A stretch of 63,995 bases of DNA, filler included, from Phoronis australis (GCA_002633005.1; 9 parts of 9 records of this genome joined end to end with filler, not necessarily neighbours in it), one strand, 5' to 3'. Positions 51,348-63,995 are shown, numbered from the whole stretch's first letter. The notes: generated by a model not told the origin, from the letters alone. A program made the numbers and translations.

Positions 51348-54300
51348 AGGAGCTGCATCGCCTCTGGTTAGGCCAGCAGAGGCGATGGTTATTGCCTAGG
51401 TGAGGAGTAGAACTACCCTAACTGGGTGCAATTTCGGGGTCTACGCAAGAAATACACATGCAGTGCTAGCTGTATTTTGACAAAAGTCTTCACACATCTA
51501 GCTGGCAGGTTACAAGAGATCACCCCCGTAGCCAATATATCTGACACGACTGATTAACTCCATTCTGGCATTTCTTTTTGGAGGGCCGGCTCACTTTTCA
51601 TCGATAATTGCTCTAATCTCCGATGATCAGATCGTATGACGTATGCCTATCTATAGCCTTACTAGGCTGCGCTGCTAAAAATGAAAGTTTAGTTATAAGA
51701 TATTTGAACATCAGCAAATAAAATCGCCCAACTAGAACCGAAGTAAAGGACGAAACTTATTCGTTACTGTTTACAGTAAGCAAAGAATGTGCTGGGCACT
51801 GGAGCCAGATGTTATGCACGCTCACTCACGCCTGGAAAAGTTGCTGAAAGACAGAACGCCGTCATGAGTGATGCTTGTAACACATTATGACAAAATAGCA
51901 TACGAGATTACCTTTTGAAGTGAGGAAGAAACAGCAAACGGCCAACAAAGTTGGTGCTTCCATTCTATGTTGCTCTAGCTGAACAGTGGTGATGAATGTA
52001 AGACAGACGACAAACTTTTAAATGGGCGCCAATGTATGGTTTCTCCGAGTTATCACTAGATAGCGCTGCTATCTGCGGCTGGGATCGACTACATGTACTT
52101 GTGAAAGAAGTCGTTACTCGGGCGAAAAATGATTAACTCCTAGAAAGTGAAATATATCAGTTGCTGTATAAAATAAATAGAAGCAAGTAAATTGCGCAAG
52201 TAAAAAGTTTGACGACACAAAATCATATCTGTTAAAAATCCATCATTGAACCCGGCTAAAAGAGCATTTATAGTAGACAAAAAGTCGTGTTCACTGAGAA
52301 GAAAGATTTAGAAGCCTCAGTAAAAATCATTTTAATGTCTTTCTAAATAATTAAGAGTTATCCAGGGCCCACAGGTTTCGCAATTAAAACCACCCGAAGT
52401 TGAGAAAAGGTCGCCTGGTCTCCAGCTACAACTGTACAGCCCTCGTACTGAGGTTCTGTTTATAACCTAGAAAGTATCAACTTACCAACCCCCTGTTATC
52501 ACTAGTAGTAGATATAGTAAACATTGGAACTTGACACTCAGTCACAAGCCGTTAGCTGCCAAGCCTTTTATTTTGTGCACTAGATAAATTATTTTGATGA
52601 ACTATTTGAAGACTTTTCGTTAGAAAAAAACAAGAACAGCACAAAAAACAGGATATTACATAACATAAAAAAATTCTACACCCCACACTTATGATTTTAC
52701 AAAATGACCAGTTGATATGAAGGCGGTGTATGAATACAAAAGTTGTAGTAATTGTCAGTAAATACCCTAGTGTTTAATTTCAAGCATTTTAAAATTAGTT
52801 TCGTTTCTACACTGTTTAGAACTTGATGTTACTTTCGTAACAGTGGATAGATTATTTTGACAGGTATATATTATACTACGAACTATTTTACTTGAGCAAT
52901 GATTTTGTATTTGCATGGGTAAGTTGGTTTAGTTTGGTCACTTAGTGTCATTTTTGTAAATGAATAATATTGAGTAGGACAAGAAGCAAAACAATGGCAG
53001 AATTTCCTTAAGTTGGTGGCAGTTGCTAATTAAGCTGTCCACGAATGTGGACATTGGACTAACGGAATTATTGTATGAATTCCACATGGTGACGTCGGAT
53101 GATTCCCGGTTGGCCCGGTCAAATCATCAAACGGTTGGTGGAAGCCGAATAACGAAACGATTGCTACCAAACCAACAAAAATGAGCGGGGTAAGATAATA
53201 TACTTTGCTGTTTTTAAATATTATGCATAAAACTTTTGTTGATAAAATCTCGTTTTCAATGCCTTTTATATTCTTCGGCTGAGCTTAAGAAATGTAAAAA
53301 TTAGTTTTCTACAAAAATAACTTTGAAAAACCTCCTTTTTGGTGAAACATCGGATTTTAGAGTTAGAGCGCAGTAGAAATTCAGAAGGCTTGATATTTTT
53401 TTCCATAAAATTGCACTCTTTTAATGGCATTTAATGAGGTACTTTTTGTTTGTTAGTCGTCTTAAGGACACTATTGATGACAAGTTACACAGAGAATGCG
53501 TGAGACATTATCAACCCACATAAGCCAATCCGGTTTTTGTTTATTCATTATTTATAGCTTTTATTTGAATGTGTAAGCTAAATACTTGTTCACTGAACTC
53601 AATCAAAGTAAAATAATACTTGTTATGAACAATAAGGATAAAAAACACCCCCTCAACAGGCTTCCTGTACATTTCAGGTAATTCAAGTTGAGAAAAACGT
53701 TATATGCATCCCAAAATATGACTGAAGCTAAGCAAGGTGACATGACAGCTTAGGAATGCACTAGAGTCACAATTTTATAAATTCTTTTTTTCATGGTTGA
53801 ATGTGAGGTCTGTCATTAGGTAACTATAAAAATTCAAGTGTCGATCTCAAAAATGATAACAAAAATCCGCTTATTTGCAACTTTTTATTGGTTTTCTTGC
53901 TCCCAGAATTTATTTTGGTTATATGTTCAATCATACTTCCCCATATACTTGTTTAACAATATTGAAGTAAACAAGTCAGTTACACAGTGATCATTCACAG
54001 ACCAAGGATCATGAGCCATATGGCTGTAACTGTGTATTGCATCCTTCAACATCATAGTTCCTGGAATTCCACGTACAGTGGTCTGTACCCTGCATGTCTT
54101 TTTTTTATTTGACCTGCATCCACTTCAAACATGCACTGAGACTGTTTCATATATGACAGTGGAGACATAACTAGGAGAAATAGATCGGAGACTTCAGTCA
54201 CAAGACAGCACCAAAATACCCCAGAAGCATTGAAATTACTATGCATGTACTCACAGTACCCAATGCCCTTCAATCAACTATTAGTAACATTTACACATGC

Positions 54301-56094
54301 AATCACTAATTGGTTATTCATTTTATGTTATGTCAGTGTCTGTTTCATTAGATTTTGGCGCCCAGGATACTTTATACTTATTTGGTATTAAATGGATTAA
54401 AGACAAGAAAGAGTTTCAAATATGCCAAAAATGCGAGCACCCAGCTAAAAATATGGTGGGCTCTAATTTTTGGTGTGCGGACCTTTTACTGAAAAAAAAT
54501 CAACGAAGACTAAGAAAAAAACGTTTCAGGCCTACGGATTGTGCATCGGCGCCGAATTCCTGTGGGCTTTATGGATTTTTGTCTCGTTTACTCCTACTTT
54601 TTGTTTCGATGAAGTGGACCTTTTTGCCCAATTTGTCAAACCAGGCAGCTCGTTTGAGACCCCCGAGCCCCCCNCCCCCCCCGGGTGCGTTCATCGCAAA
54701 AAGTAACCCAAATTGAGGTACACGCGATGATAATAGGAAAACGTGGCAAAATCCGAAAGAATTTACCATCTCTCACTAAGTCTAGATTAAATATAAAATC
54801 GTACTTGTGTCCGATTCTGGGGAGAGCATTACAGCAAGTTAAAGTATATACCCTTACCATGGACTTAAAAGTGGCAATCCCAGGCAGTCTGCAAAAGTTG
54901 AACTCTGGTATTTTTGAAGAACTTTCTATCAATAAAAAATAAAAAAGAGTTTGGTTGTGGTAAAAAGCCCATTTAGTCCGTAAAATTTAAACGGACTAAA
55001 CAGAAAGGAAAGATCAAAATTTAAAAACAACGCTTTAGCAATGTTTGCATGCATCTGAGATTAAAAAAATATTTAATAAGCTAGAGATGTCATTTAAAAT
55101 CTTATTGTTAAAGAAAAAGAAGAATGCCCTACTCTATATGAAACGTGAACCAATCAGATTATCCACTCATAAAAATAAGCCCCTTAAGACAGAGCCAGAA
55201 TATTCGCATTAACATCTAACTTGTGCAGTACAACAGTGTAATGTTGTTATAACTTTTAATTTGTTTGAGTTTGTTTTGATCCATTGATCTTCGTGTCATC
55301 ACTCTAAAATCTCTCGGCCATATGTTGCTGCCAGGGATAACGTTTCTCAAATTAGCGTTGTTGTTTCTTTATTGAATGCTGTCATGAAATCCGTGTTCAT
55401 TTTAAAATTACTTTTAAGGTAGCACGTAGCATAGTACTATTTAGCTAACAGATTTCAGAACGTAATTGTCTTTGTTAACTTGTTTTGTTTTGTACGAGCA
55501 AGTCCCTTCCAGTTTTCACACCATGTTTTGTTTATTTCTGTAGTAAACATGCTGACCTTCGGTTCATTCATAAAGCATTGCAAGAGACAAGATGATCATT
55601 AACACATGTGGTAGAAAAAATGGTAGCTGCTTTCTGTATGACTTCGCAGGAGTGATCGGTTAACATACAACAGAATGAAAAAATGGTGAGCGTTACCTAA
55701 ACAGGAACATCGGAGCTTACAACCACCAGCTGTGGTGGTTGGTGCTGTCCTGTTCCCAGCATATTTCTATGTACTGAAAATATTCTGATACATGTAACTG
55801 CTAAAAATTCATTCAAGGAATGAATGTGCTTGTTTAGTAAACCAAGTGAAAATTTATACATAATTCCGATATTCATGTGGCCTGCGGAACATCCATTGAT
55901 TGTCCTAAAACTGATATCTGTGTATACACCAGTTTATAAGTGTTTGTATGTGGTTCCTACTCTAAATCACCTTGTTATGTTCGTTTCTGCGCCACTATAC
56001 TTCTGTCATCAGTGAATGAATGATTATTGTTCTTCTGGATCCATGTTGTTTTAATTATTCTCAGCAGGTCTGCTGGATGGTAAAGTTTGACAAT

Positions 56095-56887
56095 ATTCTA
56101 TGATCTGCATTAACAACAGAGGAGTGTTTAACCTATGATTTCAACAAGATGTAATACACTGTGGAGTAATGTTCGATAACACGTGACATGATATATATAC
56201 ATATACATATACATATATATTTATAAACTAAGTTGCAGAAAATCATTACTGAATTGATGGTCGAACAGCGTCACTTGTTATCGAACATTACTCCACAGTG
56301 TATTACATCTTGTTGAAATCATAGATTAAACACTCCTCTGCTGTTAATGCAGATCATAGAATATAGTCTATAATTTTTGATGCAGATTATGTCTCTTGAC
56401 ATGAAATACATTCGTGAGTCAGCATCTCACATGATACGTTTTTTAGAAACGGAGGATTTTTAACATGGTGTGTCTTAGGTGTATTCTTTTCTTTCTTTCG
56501 TAAACATGTACAGCTATCAAATTGCCCAGCTTAAAAAATCAACTTCTAGTTATGAGACTTATTATTGCTCAAATTGGAGCTAAATCTTGTGCTCAAAAAC
56601 AGGTAATATTTTTGTTTGCGAACAGGCTCTATGGTGATTTGTCAAGACGGGTCACTTGGTGAGGTAAAAACAGTCCCATGTGATAACATAACCATCGGCA
56701 TTTCTTTCCAAACGCCCTTATGCAGTTTCTCGTGTTTTAAGTAATTATAACCATTGTTGCACACGCACCCGCACACCCACATGGACGCGCACACGCATAT
56801 CAATGTCGACTCGATTTCGTTACGCTGTTCGACCATCAAACTTTTAAAAATTGTTTANGATTTTCTGCAACTTAGTATATATAATAG

Positions 56888-56952
<65 letters not shown>

Positions 56953-57545
56953 GTCACTTGTTATCGAACATTACTTCACAGAGTATTACATCTTGTTGAA
57001 ATCATAGAATGATTAAACACTCCTCTGTTGTTAATGCAGATCATAGAATATAGTCTATAATTTTTGATGCAGATTATGTCTCTTGACATGAAATACATTC
57101 GTGAGTCAGCATCTCACATGATACGTTTTGTAGAAACGGAGGATTTTTAACATGGTGTGTCTTAGGTGTATTCTTTTCTTTCTTTCGTAAACATGTACAG
57201 CTATCAAATTGCCCAGCTTAAAAAATCAACTTCTAGTTATGAGACTTATTATTGCTCAAATTGGAGCTAAATCTTGTGCTCAAAAACAGGTAATATTTTT
57301 GTTTGCGAACAGGCTCTATGGTGATTTGTCAAGACGGGTCACTTGGTGAGGTAAAAACTGTCCCATGTGATAACATAACCATCGGTATTTCTTTCCAAAC
57401 GCCCTTATGCAGTTTCTCGTGTTTTAAGTAATTATAACCATTGTTGCACACGCACCCGCACACGCACATGGACGCGCACACGCATATCAATGTCGACTCG
57501 ATTTCGTTACGCTGTTCGACCATCAAACTTTTAAAAATTGTTTAA
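56095..57545. repeat. Near-identical ~687-bp tandem duplication with an adjacent inverted copy
   Basis: 56270-56860 is repeated at 56953-57545 (ORF pair 56642/57329 offset by 687); 56095-56270 is the reverse complement of ~56822-57052; TA-rich microsatellite at the junction. Confidence 0.9.
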
Positions 57546-57884
57546 AGTAATAAAATTAAAACAGTATAAGTAATATTCATTATGCTATCAGGTCCCAAAC
57601 CTAACATTTGGTACAAAACTGTTAATTATATGACACTTTTGTCTCAGTTTTCAATCGCTAAATATTATATTGTCTGAAACCCAGGCGCCGATTCCTCGGT
57701 AACTACAATATCAATTTTTTTTTGTTCTTACTTAACTATTTTCCAGAAAATGTTACAAGCTCATTGCACAATTATCGTTGATCTCATCTTTTCAAGTTAC
57801 ACTTAAAACTCCTTTTACTAGAGAAAACTACCTAAAAAGAAACTTAGGAAGTTGAAGCATACGGGATGTATACAAAACTTACCT

Positions 57885-58005
57885 CGATTGGCGTAGATGA
57901 AGTATTATCCCACTTGACATTATTCCGCGAGTCGACCTCGAATCTTGGTCTAGGTCAATACAAGGAATAATGTTTCGGGGATATCACTTCATCTACGCCA
58001 TTTTC
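57885..58005. repeat. Short palindromic element
   Basis: TGGCGTAGATGAAGTATTATCCC pairs with GGGATATCACTTCATCTACGCCA. Confidence 0.75.
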
Positions 58006-58065
58006 GGTATGTTGGTTTTCTATATGATTACACAGACGTTTTAAGGCCAGATTCATCATAATCAA

Positions 58066-58768
58066 TGTCAGAATATAGTCTGACAGTATTTTTGGTTGTA
58101 TTGTTTTGTTTTGTTATTCTGTTTGATTGGCATGACCCCTGAGTTGAGTCACAATGATGATGTAATTTGTGTACTACAGAGTAGTATGGAACTTTCTAGT
58201 AGACTGAGTTCAGTAGTGATGATGTAATTTGTTCACTGCAGTATAGTGTGGAACTTTCTAGAAGACTCTAGCATAACAGTGATTGATACAGTCTAGACTA
58301 TTCTAGAGACCAGTACATGTTTGTAGAATGGTTGGGTAGATTCAGGAAAGTTCTAGAATGTGCTTGAATTGATGAAAAGTTCCAGAACAATGCATTAGAC
58401 TAAAAATACACTAGCACGGGTTTTTGTTAGTCAGATCAAGTCGGTTCATCAGAAGTTCAAGAAAGTTAGAGCGATAGTCAATAGAGAGCCAGCTACATGT
58501 ATAGAGACAGCAGGTTATTGCATCGACGAGTGTAGGAGTTGCTGAACGTGTCTCAGAAGTTCATCACAAGTCAAGGCTTCGTAGCACTGGCGGGAGCATA
58601 TAAACAGACATTATGTCGGACGTTTTGTTTGAGTAAGCTTGTGAACGTACGGTCGGGATTAATAAAGGATTAACTCGAACCAGTCTTCAGGTCAATCGTC
58701 TCACCGAAAGCTATTAGCACCGGTCTGTAACAACCTGCGCCCACCCACACACGGGGAAAAACGTGACA
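58066..58768 (+). mobile_element. Solo LTR (703 bp)
   Basis: TGTCA...TGACA termini; perfect 5-bp TSD ATCAA at 58061-58065 and 58769-58773; AATAAA at 58661. Confidence 0.85.
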
Positions 58769-58965
58769 ATCAATGACAATGTCTAAAAACGGATGCTTGT
58801 TGCTAACTTGTATTTCATGCGTGAATTTTGATACAGAATTTTTCTTAAAAGCAAGTTTGATCTCCTTCAGCTCATCGTAGTGAACGATCATAGATTCATC
58901 ATCAAGATATCTGAGGTACATTTTAGTCTTCTCAATAACTTTTGTTGCAAGGTTACACACGTAAG
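58769..58965 (-). mobile_element. Penelope-like element reverse transcriptase fragment (continues at ~58030-58065)
   Basis: YLRYLDD...KFTHEIQVSNKHPFLDIVID; removing the solo LTR continues the frame as YDESGLKTSV, typical of PLE RT. Confidence 0.75.
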
Positions 58966-59644
58966 ATTCAGCGGCGGATCTAGGATTTTGAGCTGGGGGG
59001 GCTAGTTCCGAGTATTAGCTAAGACGTTGCCCGTGAGACCTTCGCACCATCGAACTGCCAAACGGAATCTGAAAGATTTTTAGGGTAGCCATGGCCCGCT
59101 TGGCTCCCCTCCATGAGGAACCCTTTCCAGCTGAAAATTGACCGTCGGACGGCCTTCGTCCGACGGTTGGAGTTTGCTAATGCGATCACAATAGCCCATT
59201 GAATTCAGTCCAGCTGCCTGGGCTGCTTGGTCACGTACGTAATCCTTTAATGACACCTCATTATGCCATAAAACTACGTGCCTGTCGACTATTGGCAAAA
59301 AAAAGAAAGTTTATTTTAAAAATATACCTGCCTAACCGAATTCCTCGCGAAAATCTAAGCATTTTAGAACTTTGAATTTTCTTTCTAGGCCAGAAAATAA
59401 AGTTTTTATTAATATAAAAATTTACCACCTTGTGTACGAGCAGAGCGCAAGAATTTACAAAGGGTATATTGTGATTCGCCGCCATGAGGCAGCTTATAAT
59501 TTCCTACCAAAAGGCCAAAATGTACCACAATCAATTTGTTTTAANNNNNNNNNNNNNNNNNNNNNNNNNNNNNNNNNNNNNNNNNNNNTTAATTAATTAA
59601 NNNNNNNNNNNNNNNNNNNNNNNNNNNNNNNNNNNNNNNNNNNN

Positions 59645-60344
59645 AGGTGGAGGTGATAACCGCAGTCGTTCTAGAACTTTTTCAGCCCATGTTTTTCTAA
59701 CGCTTGATGGCCCTTTGTCATCACCTTTCTTAGTCCTCTTTGAAGATGTCGGCTCAGCTTCAGAGTCAGATGAGGATAGTGGTGTTATTTCTTTGCCCTT
59801 TTCAAAGGAGCCTTTCTGCTGAGTTCTTGACGGTTTTGTAGCTCTCTCTATTGTCTGAACAGTTTGCCTTGTCCTTTGAGAAGTTAACTTTTTATCGTCA
59901 TTTTCTTTACTACTTGGTTTAGTCGTTTCTTCGCTGGTTTTCATGGTGGAGGTAGACTTAGATCTCACTGCTCGCCTTGGAGTTTTCCGTCTGTTGTCGG
60001 AAACATCCTTCTCATCTGAAGACGTGTCAGAATCATTTTCTTTACAAGAACTAGGTGGAGGTGATAAACGAAGTCGTTCTAGAACTTTATCAGCCCATGT
60101 TTTTCTAACGCTTGATGGTCCTTTATCATCTCGTTTCTTAGTCCTCTTTGAAGGTGTTGGCTCAGCCTCAGAGTCAGATGAGGATAGCGGTGTTATTTCT
60201 TTATCCTTTTTAATGGAGCCTTTTGACTGAGTTCCCGACTGTTTCCTAGCTCCCTTTGTTGTCTCCACTGTTTGCCTCGTGCTTGCCTGGGCACTGTCAG
60301 GCGTCCTTATAACAGCCCAAGTTGGGGACTCAATCTTTTTCATT
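59645..60344 (-). CDS. Large exon encoding a Lys/Ser/Thr-rich low-complexity protein with a 136-aa-period internal repeat; gene unidentified
   Basis: TTGTAG acceptor and ~700 nt open frame into the gap; KEITPLSSSDSEAEPT.SKRTKK.DDKGPSSVRKTWA.KVLERLRLSPPP occurs twice, 408 nt apart. Confidence 0.7.
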
Positions 60345-60817
60345 CTACAAACAAGTCAGGATAGACTCAAAGTATTGTCTGTTTTCTAATAACAAGTTTC
60401 CACATATTACATTCTTTTTACATTTGTTACCGAGAAAATAAATACGGAAAGGCTAGTCAGAGGTTGGAAGCCACAGATCTAGCCAGAGTACATTCGCTTT
60501 TTGACCCTCACTTAACTTTGCACTTTCTTATCAACTCCTAAAACAAGAGCAATGCAGAGTACTGACATGCACGCTCCATTGTTTCGCATGTAGTGCAGAT
60601 ACAAGAGACCATCATTACTTTAAACATTCCCACTAACACCAACGACCTTCATCATGATCTTTCATGCAGTTTAGTTGATAAGGATATTGGCAATGTATAA
60701 GAATTTGCGTCAGTCCCAACAAGACACAGACACTCCAAGAACAATTTAAAAACCCTGCAATCAGTGAAAACGATATGAAAAGATGTCAGCCTTTGTAAAG
60801 CAAGAGTGCTTCAATTT

Positions 60818-62410
60818 CAAACAAGAGCAACGCGGAGCGCTGAAATGCGCCCGCTACTAGATGATGCGAAAACATACAATCCATCCGAAAACGGGAAAAT
60901 GTCATTGCTTCTTTCATAGAAAGCAATACACAAAATTTCGTAGAAATCCGTCACGGAACTTCAGAGAAAGAAAGGAAAACAGAATAAAATGAAATTGCCA
61001 CTAGGGGGCACAAAGTTCATTGGATCCGCCTGAAAGCCGTCACTGTTTGTTAATGTTGTTAGCTTCACATAAATACCCTTACAAAAATTAATAAAGATCC
61101 TGCAATGGGTTTAGGAGATAAAGCTATGGGCGCAAAACAAAACAAAACTACCACTAGATGGCGCCAGAGTAGTCAAAGTCGTCATCATCAACTGTCCTCT
61201 TCACCCTGAGCACATATACGCCAGTTTTCAAAACCACCCTTAAAATGATTTGGCAGATAGGGAGGTAGACGCCAAAAAACAGATACGAAAACAGCAAAAA
61301 TCGCCACTAGCTGGTGCAAAGTACCTTAATTCCATCCGAAAACGGGTTGATAGCATCATCTCACCAACAGATGCCCGTATTTAAAATTTTATGAAAATCT
61401 GTTGAAGACCTTTGAAGATACAGAGGTAAAAGTAGGGGGTGTACCAGTTGTCAGATCCATCCCAAAATCATCGTCGCCCGTACCCAACATCATATAAACA
61501 TACTTTTTAAATTTAGTAAAGATCCTGCAAACGGTTTAGGAGATACAGTCATGGGCGCAAAAAAAGAAACTGCTACTAGAAGGCGCCACAGTAGTCGAAG
61601 TCATCGGAAAATCATCCTCAGCCATCCACTTCATAGTAAAAACATACATGCCAATTTTCACAATTATCCTGAAAGCGGTTTGGTTGATAGAGGGGTGGAC
61701 GCCAAACAACAGACTGGAAAACAGTAAAAATGGCCACTAGGTGGCGCAAACTAGGACGAATCCAACTGAAAACAGAAAGATAGCATCATCTTCCTAACAG
61801 AAGCCTTCATGCCAAATTTTATGAAATTATGTTGAGGACCTTTGAAGATACAGAGGTAAACATAAAAAAATAAAATTGCCACTAGGTGGCACACCAGTTG
61901 TAAAATCTGTCCGAAAGTCGTCATCGCCCATTGTCAACATTATATAAATGCACTTACTAAATTAAGTAAAGATGCTGCAAACGGTTTAGGAGATATAGCC
62001 ATAGGCGCAAAAAAAAACAAAACTGCCACTAGGAGGTGCCACAGTAGTCGAAGTCGTTGGAAAATCATCGTCAACCGTCCTCTTCATAGTAAGAACATAC
62101 ATGCCAATTTTCACAATCATGCTTAAAGTGGTTTGGTTGATAGAGGGTTGGACTTGAAAATAGTAAAAATGGCCACTAGGTGGCGCAAACCACGTCGAAT
62201 CCATCCGAAAACGAAAGGATGGCGTCGTCTCACTAATAGATGCCTATATACCAAATTCTATGAAAACACGTAGAGGATCTTTGAAGATAGAGAGGTAAAC
62301 GTAAAAAACTAAAATTGCCACTAGGGGGCACACCGGTAGTCGGATCCGTCCGAAAGTTCGCTCATGCCGTCCTATCCATGACACAAACACATGAGCAAAG
62401 TTTCATGAAC
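60818..62410. repeat. Composite element with AAACAAGAGC head and degenerate ~150-bp tandem cores (~440-bp higher-order period)
   Basis: Recurring GCCACTAG(G)TGGCGC and TTTAGGAGATA; TTTGAAGATA at ~61411, 61841 and 62280; a related head at 60541. Confidence 0.75.
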
Positions 62411-62510
62411 NNNNNNNNNNNNNNNNNNNNNNNNNNNNNNNNNNNNNNNNNNNNTTAATTAATTAANNNNNNNNNNNNNNNNNNNNNNNNNNNNNNNNNN
62501 NNNNNNNNNN

Positions 62511-62583
62511 GGCGTTGAACTGAAGTATCAACCACAGGAGCTCGGTGAGCGACGGCTTCCCTACAGGCTCCAGTAAGCTGGAT
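62511..62583 (-). CDS. SMG7: SMG7 exon (truncated by gap)
   Basis: TTCAG acceptor; phase 2 matches the upstream exon; encodes SSLLEPVGKPSLTELLWLILQFNA, positionally like human KTKWGVSDFIKAFIKFHG. Confidence 0.65.
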
Positions 62584-63536
62584 CTGAAACACAGTGCAAG
62601 AATGCAATGCAGGGCATCAGTGAGGAAACATAAAAATGACACTAATTCTTATGAAAATCTGCACCACTGAACCTCTCACAATAGCGTACCTTACAAACTG
62701 TTTTATTTCGAGACACATCAACCGTAGTAAAATCTTATTTCTAATACTACATGACCAATAGCATTAATCAGTGCCACTGTGGCATTGCAACAGCTGACAA
62801 GTCAATGTAACACGGTGCAATCCGAATGTTTAATTTGGAAAATCCCATAATGTTCATGGGGTTTTGAGTGATGAACACAGAGTCTTTGAGGCCTCCAATT
62901 CAGGTCCAGGAATCGGCCTAATTTCCCTCTAAAATATTTTAAAATCACTAGAAAGTCCAGTCATCAGGCCGAAAAATTTCCCTTCAATGATTGAAATTCC
63001 CGTCAAGGTTAGAATCATTTTCAACTCACACAGAGCCTCGCTTTCAGAAGATTTTATTAACTGCAAAAATCCTCACTTCACAGTCATGATTTTTCAGCAT
63101 TTACAGCCTTGATGTGAACAATAGGATCTAGATTAGTTTATCACAAGTGCAGGGGTGACCACACTGTATTTAGCAAAGAAAGTCATTCATCACAGTCCTG
63201 GGTTCACTGCCTGACACCCCTATTATAGGTTAGTCCAACTCCAAGAAAAACTACAAGGCCTGACGGCTAATCTGCTCTAAGTTGTGTATAAAGCAATGCT
63301 TCAAAATCAGAACAAGATGGCATTTTGGGCTACTTGAGGCAAGGTCGATGAGGGGTAACAACGGGGGGCTGAATGTAAGATGTGAGCACTGGGGGAGATT
63401 TCCCTTCACCCAGAGGAATTCCCTTCTGAGAAGGCATAGGCACCATTCCCTTCAAGTGAGCAAAGGCCCTGGAATGTTATAACGTATCCCAACGTTTGGA
63501 ACAGAGTAGTATTTACAGTAATACAACAGGGCTTAC

Positions 63537-63696
63537 ATATCTCGGTCTCTGGTGAGTTTAACGAAGAATTTGTCCAAGTTGGTGGCAGCCACTGGGAAGG
63601 GATGCTTGACACAGATACTACGCACATAGTAGAACACCACGAGCAGCTTGTTACCCTTGGTAGCCTCAATGATTGCCAGTTGGTTGTAAGGCTGAC
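63537..63696 (-). CDS. SMG7: Nonsense-mediated decay factor SMG7 (EST1 family), 14-3-3-like domain exon
   Basis: 160-nt CAG/GTAAG exon encoding GQPYNQLAIIEATKGNKLLVVFYYVRSICVKHPFPVAATNLDKFFVKLTRDRD; resembles human GQPYNQLAILASSKGDHLTTIFYYCRSIAVKFPFPAASTNL. Confidence 0.88.
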
Positions 63697-63995
63697 CTGG
63701 AATGAGAGAGGGAGGAAAGACAGTTAGACAAACTATAACATAGTGTCAGTAGATTGTTATCCTTACTAGCCTCAATGATTACCAGATGGTTGTAAAGCTG
63801 ACCTGAAGTGAGAGAAGGAGGGATGAGAGTGAGATGAACTATAGTGTCTGTCAGTACATTGTTATCCATGGTAGCCTCGATTATTGCGAGTTGGTTGTAC
63901 GGCTGGCCTGGAGAGTGTGAGTGAGTGTGAGCGAGTGTGAGAGAGCGCGAGAGTGTGTGTGTGAGAGAGAGAGAGAGAGGGAGGGAGGGAGGGAG

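Overview
AT-rich (about 35-38% GC by eye), intron-containing, repeat-rich draft sequence from an animal genome (invertebrate is an inference). It is split by N-gaps, eight of which carry an artificial TTAATTAATTAA linker. Recognisable spliced gene fragments: FANCE C-terminal exons (minus, 374-5763), two F5/8 type C (discoidin) exons (plus, 7279-9246), six 5' exons of SPAG16/PF20 (plus, 17909-23350) sitting head-to-head with an unidentified minus-strand ORF, FAHD1 exon 1 (plus, 43593-43666), an unidentified Lys/Ser-rich internally repeated exon (minus, 59645-60344) and two SMG7 exons (minus, 62511-63696). The rest is mostly mobile DNA: RTE-X-like LINE remnants, a Penelope-like RT fragment interrupted by a solo LTR with a 5-bp TSD, MITEs, short tRNA-like TGTAG...CTACA elements and minisatellites. 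The least explained region is an ~11 kb mosaic duplication array (24.5-35.3 kb). It contains repeated 105-nt exon-like units with one shared in-frame TGA, and clean TA to TACATGTA insertions. There is no prokaryotic-type system (CRISPR, operon, prophage), and I cannot show a new system from sequence alone. Gene assignments rest on recalled similarity to known proteins, not database searches.
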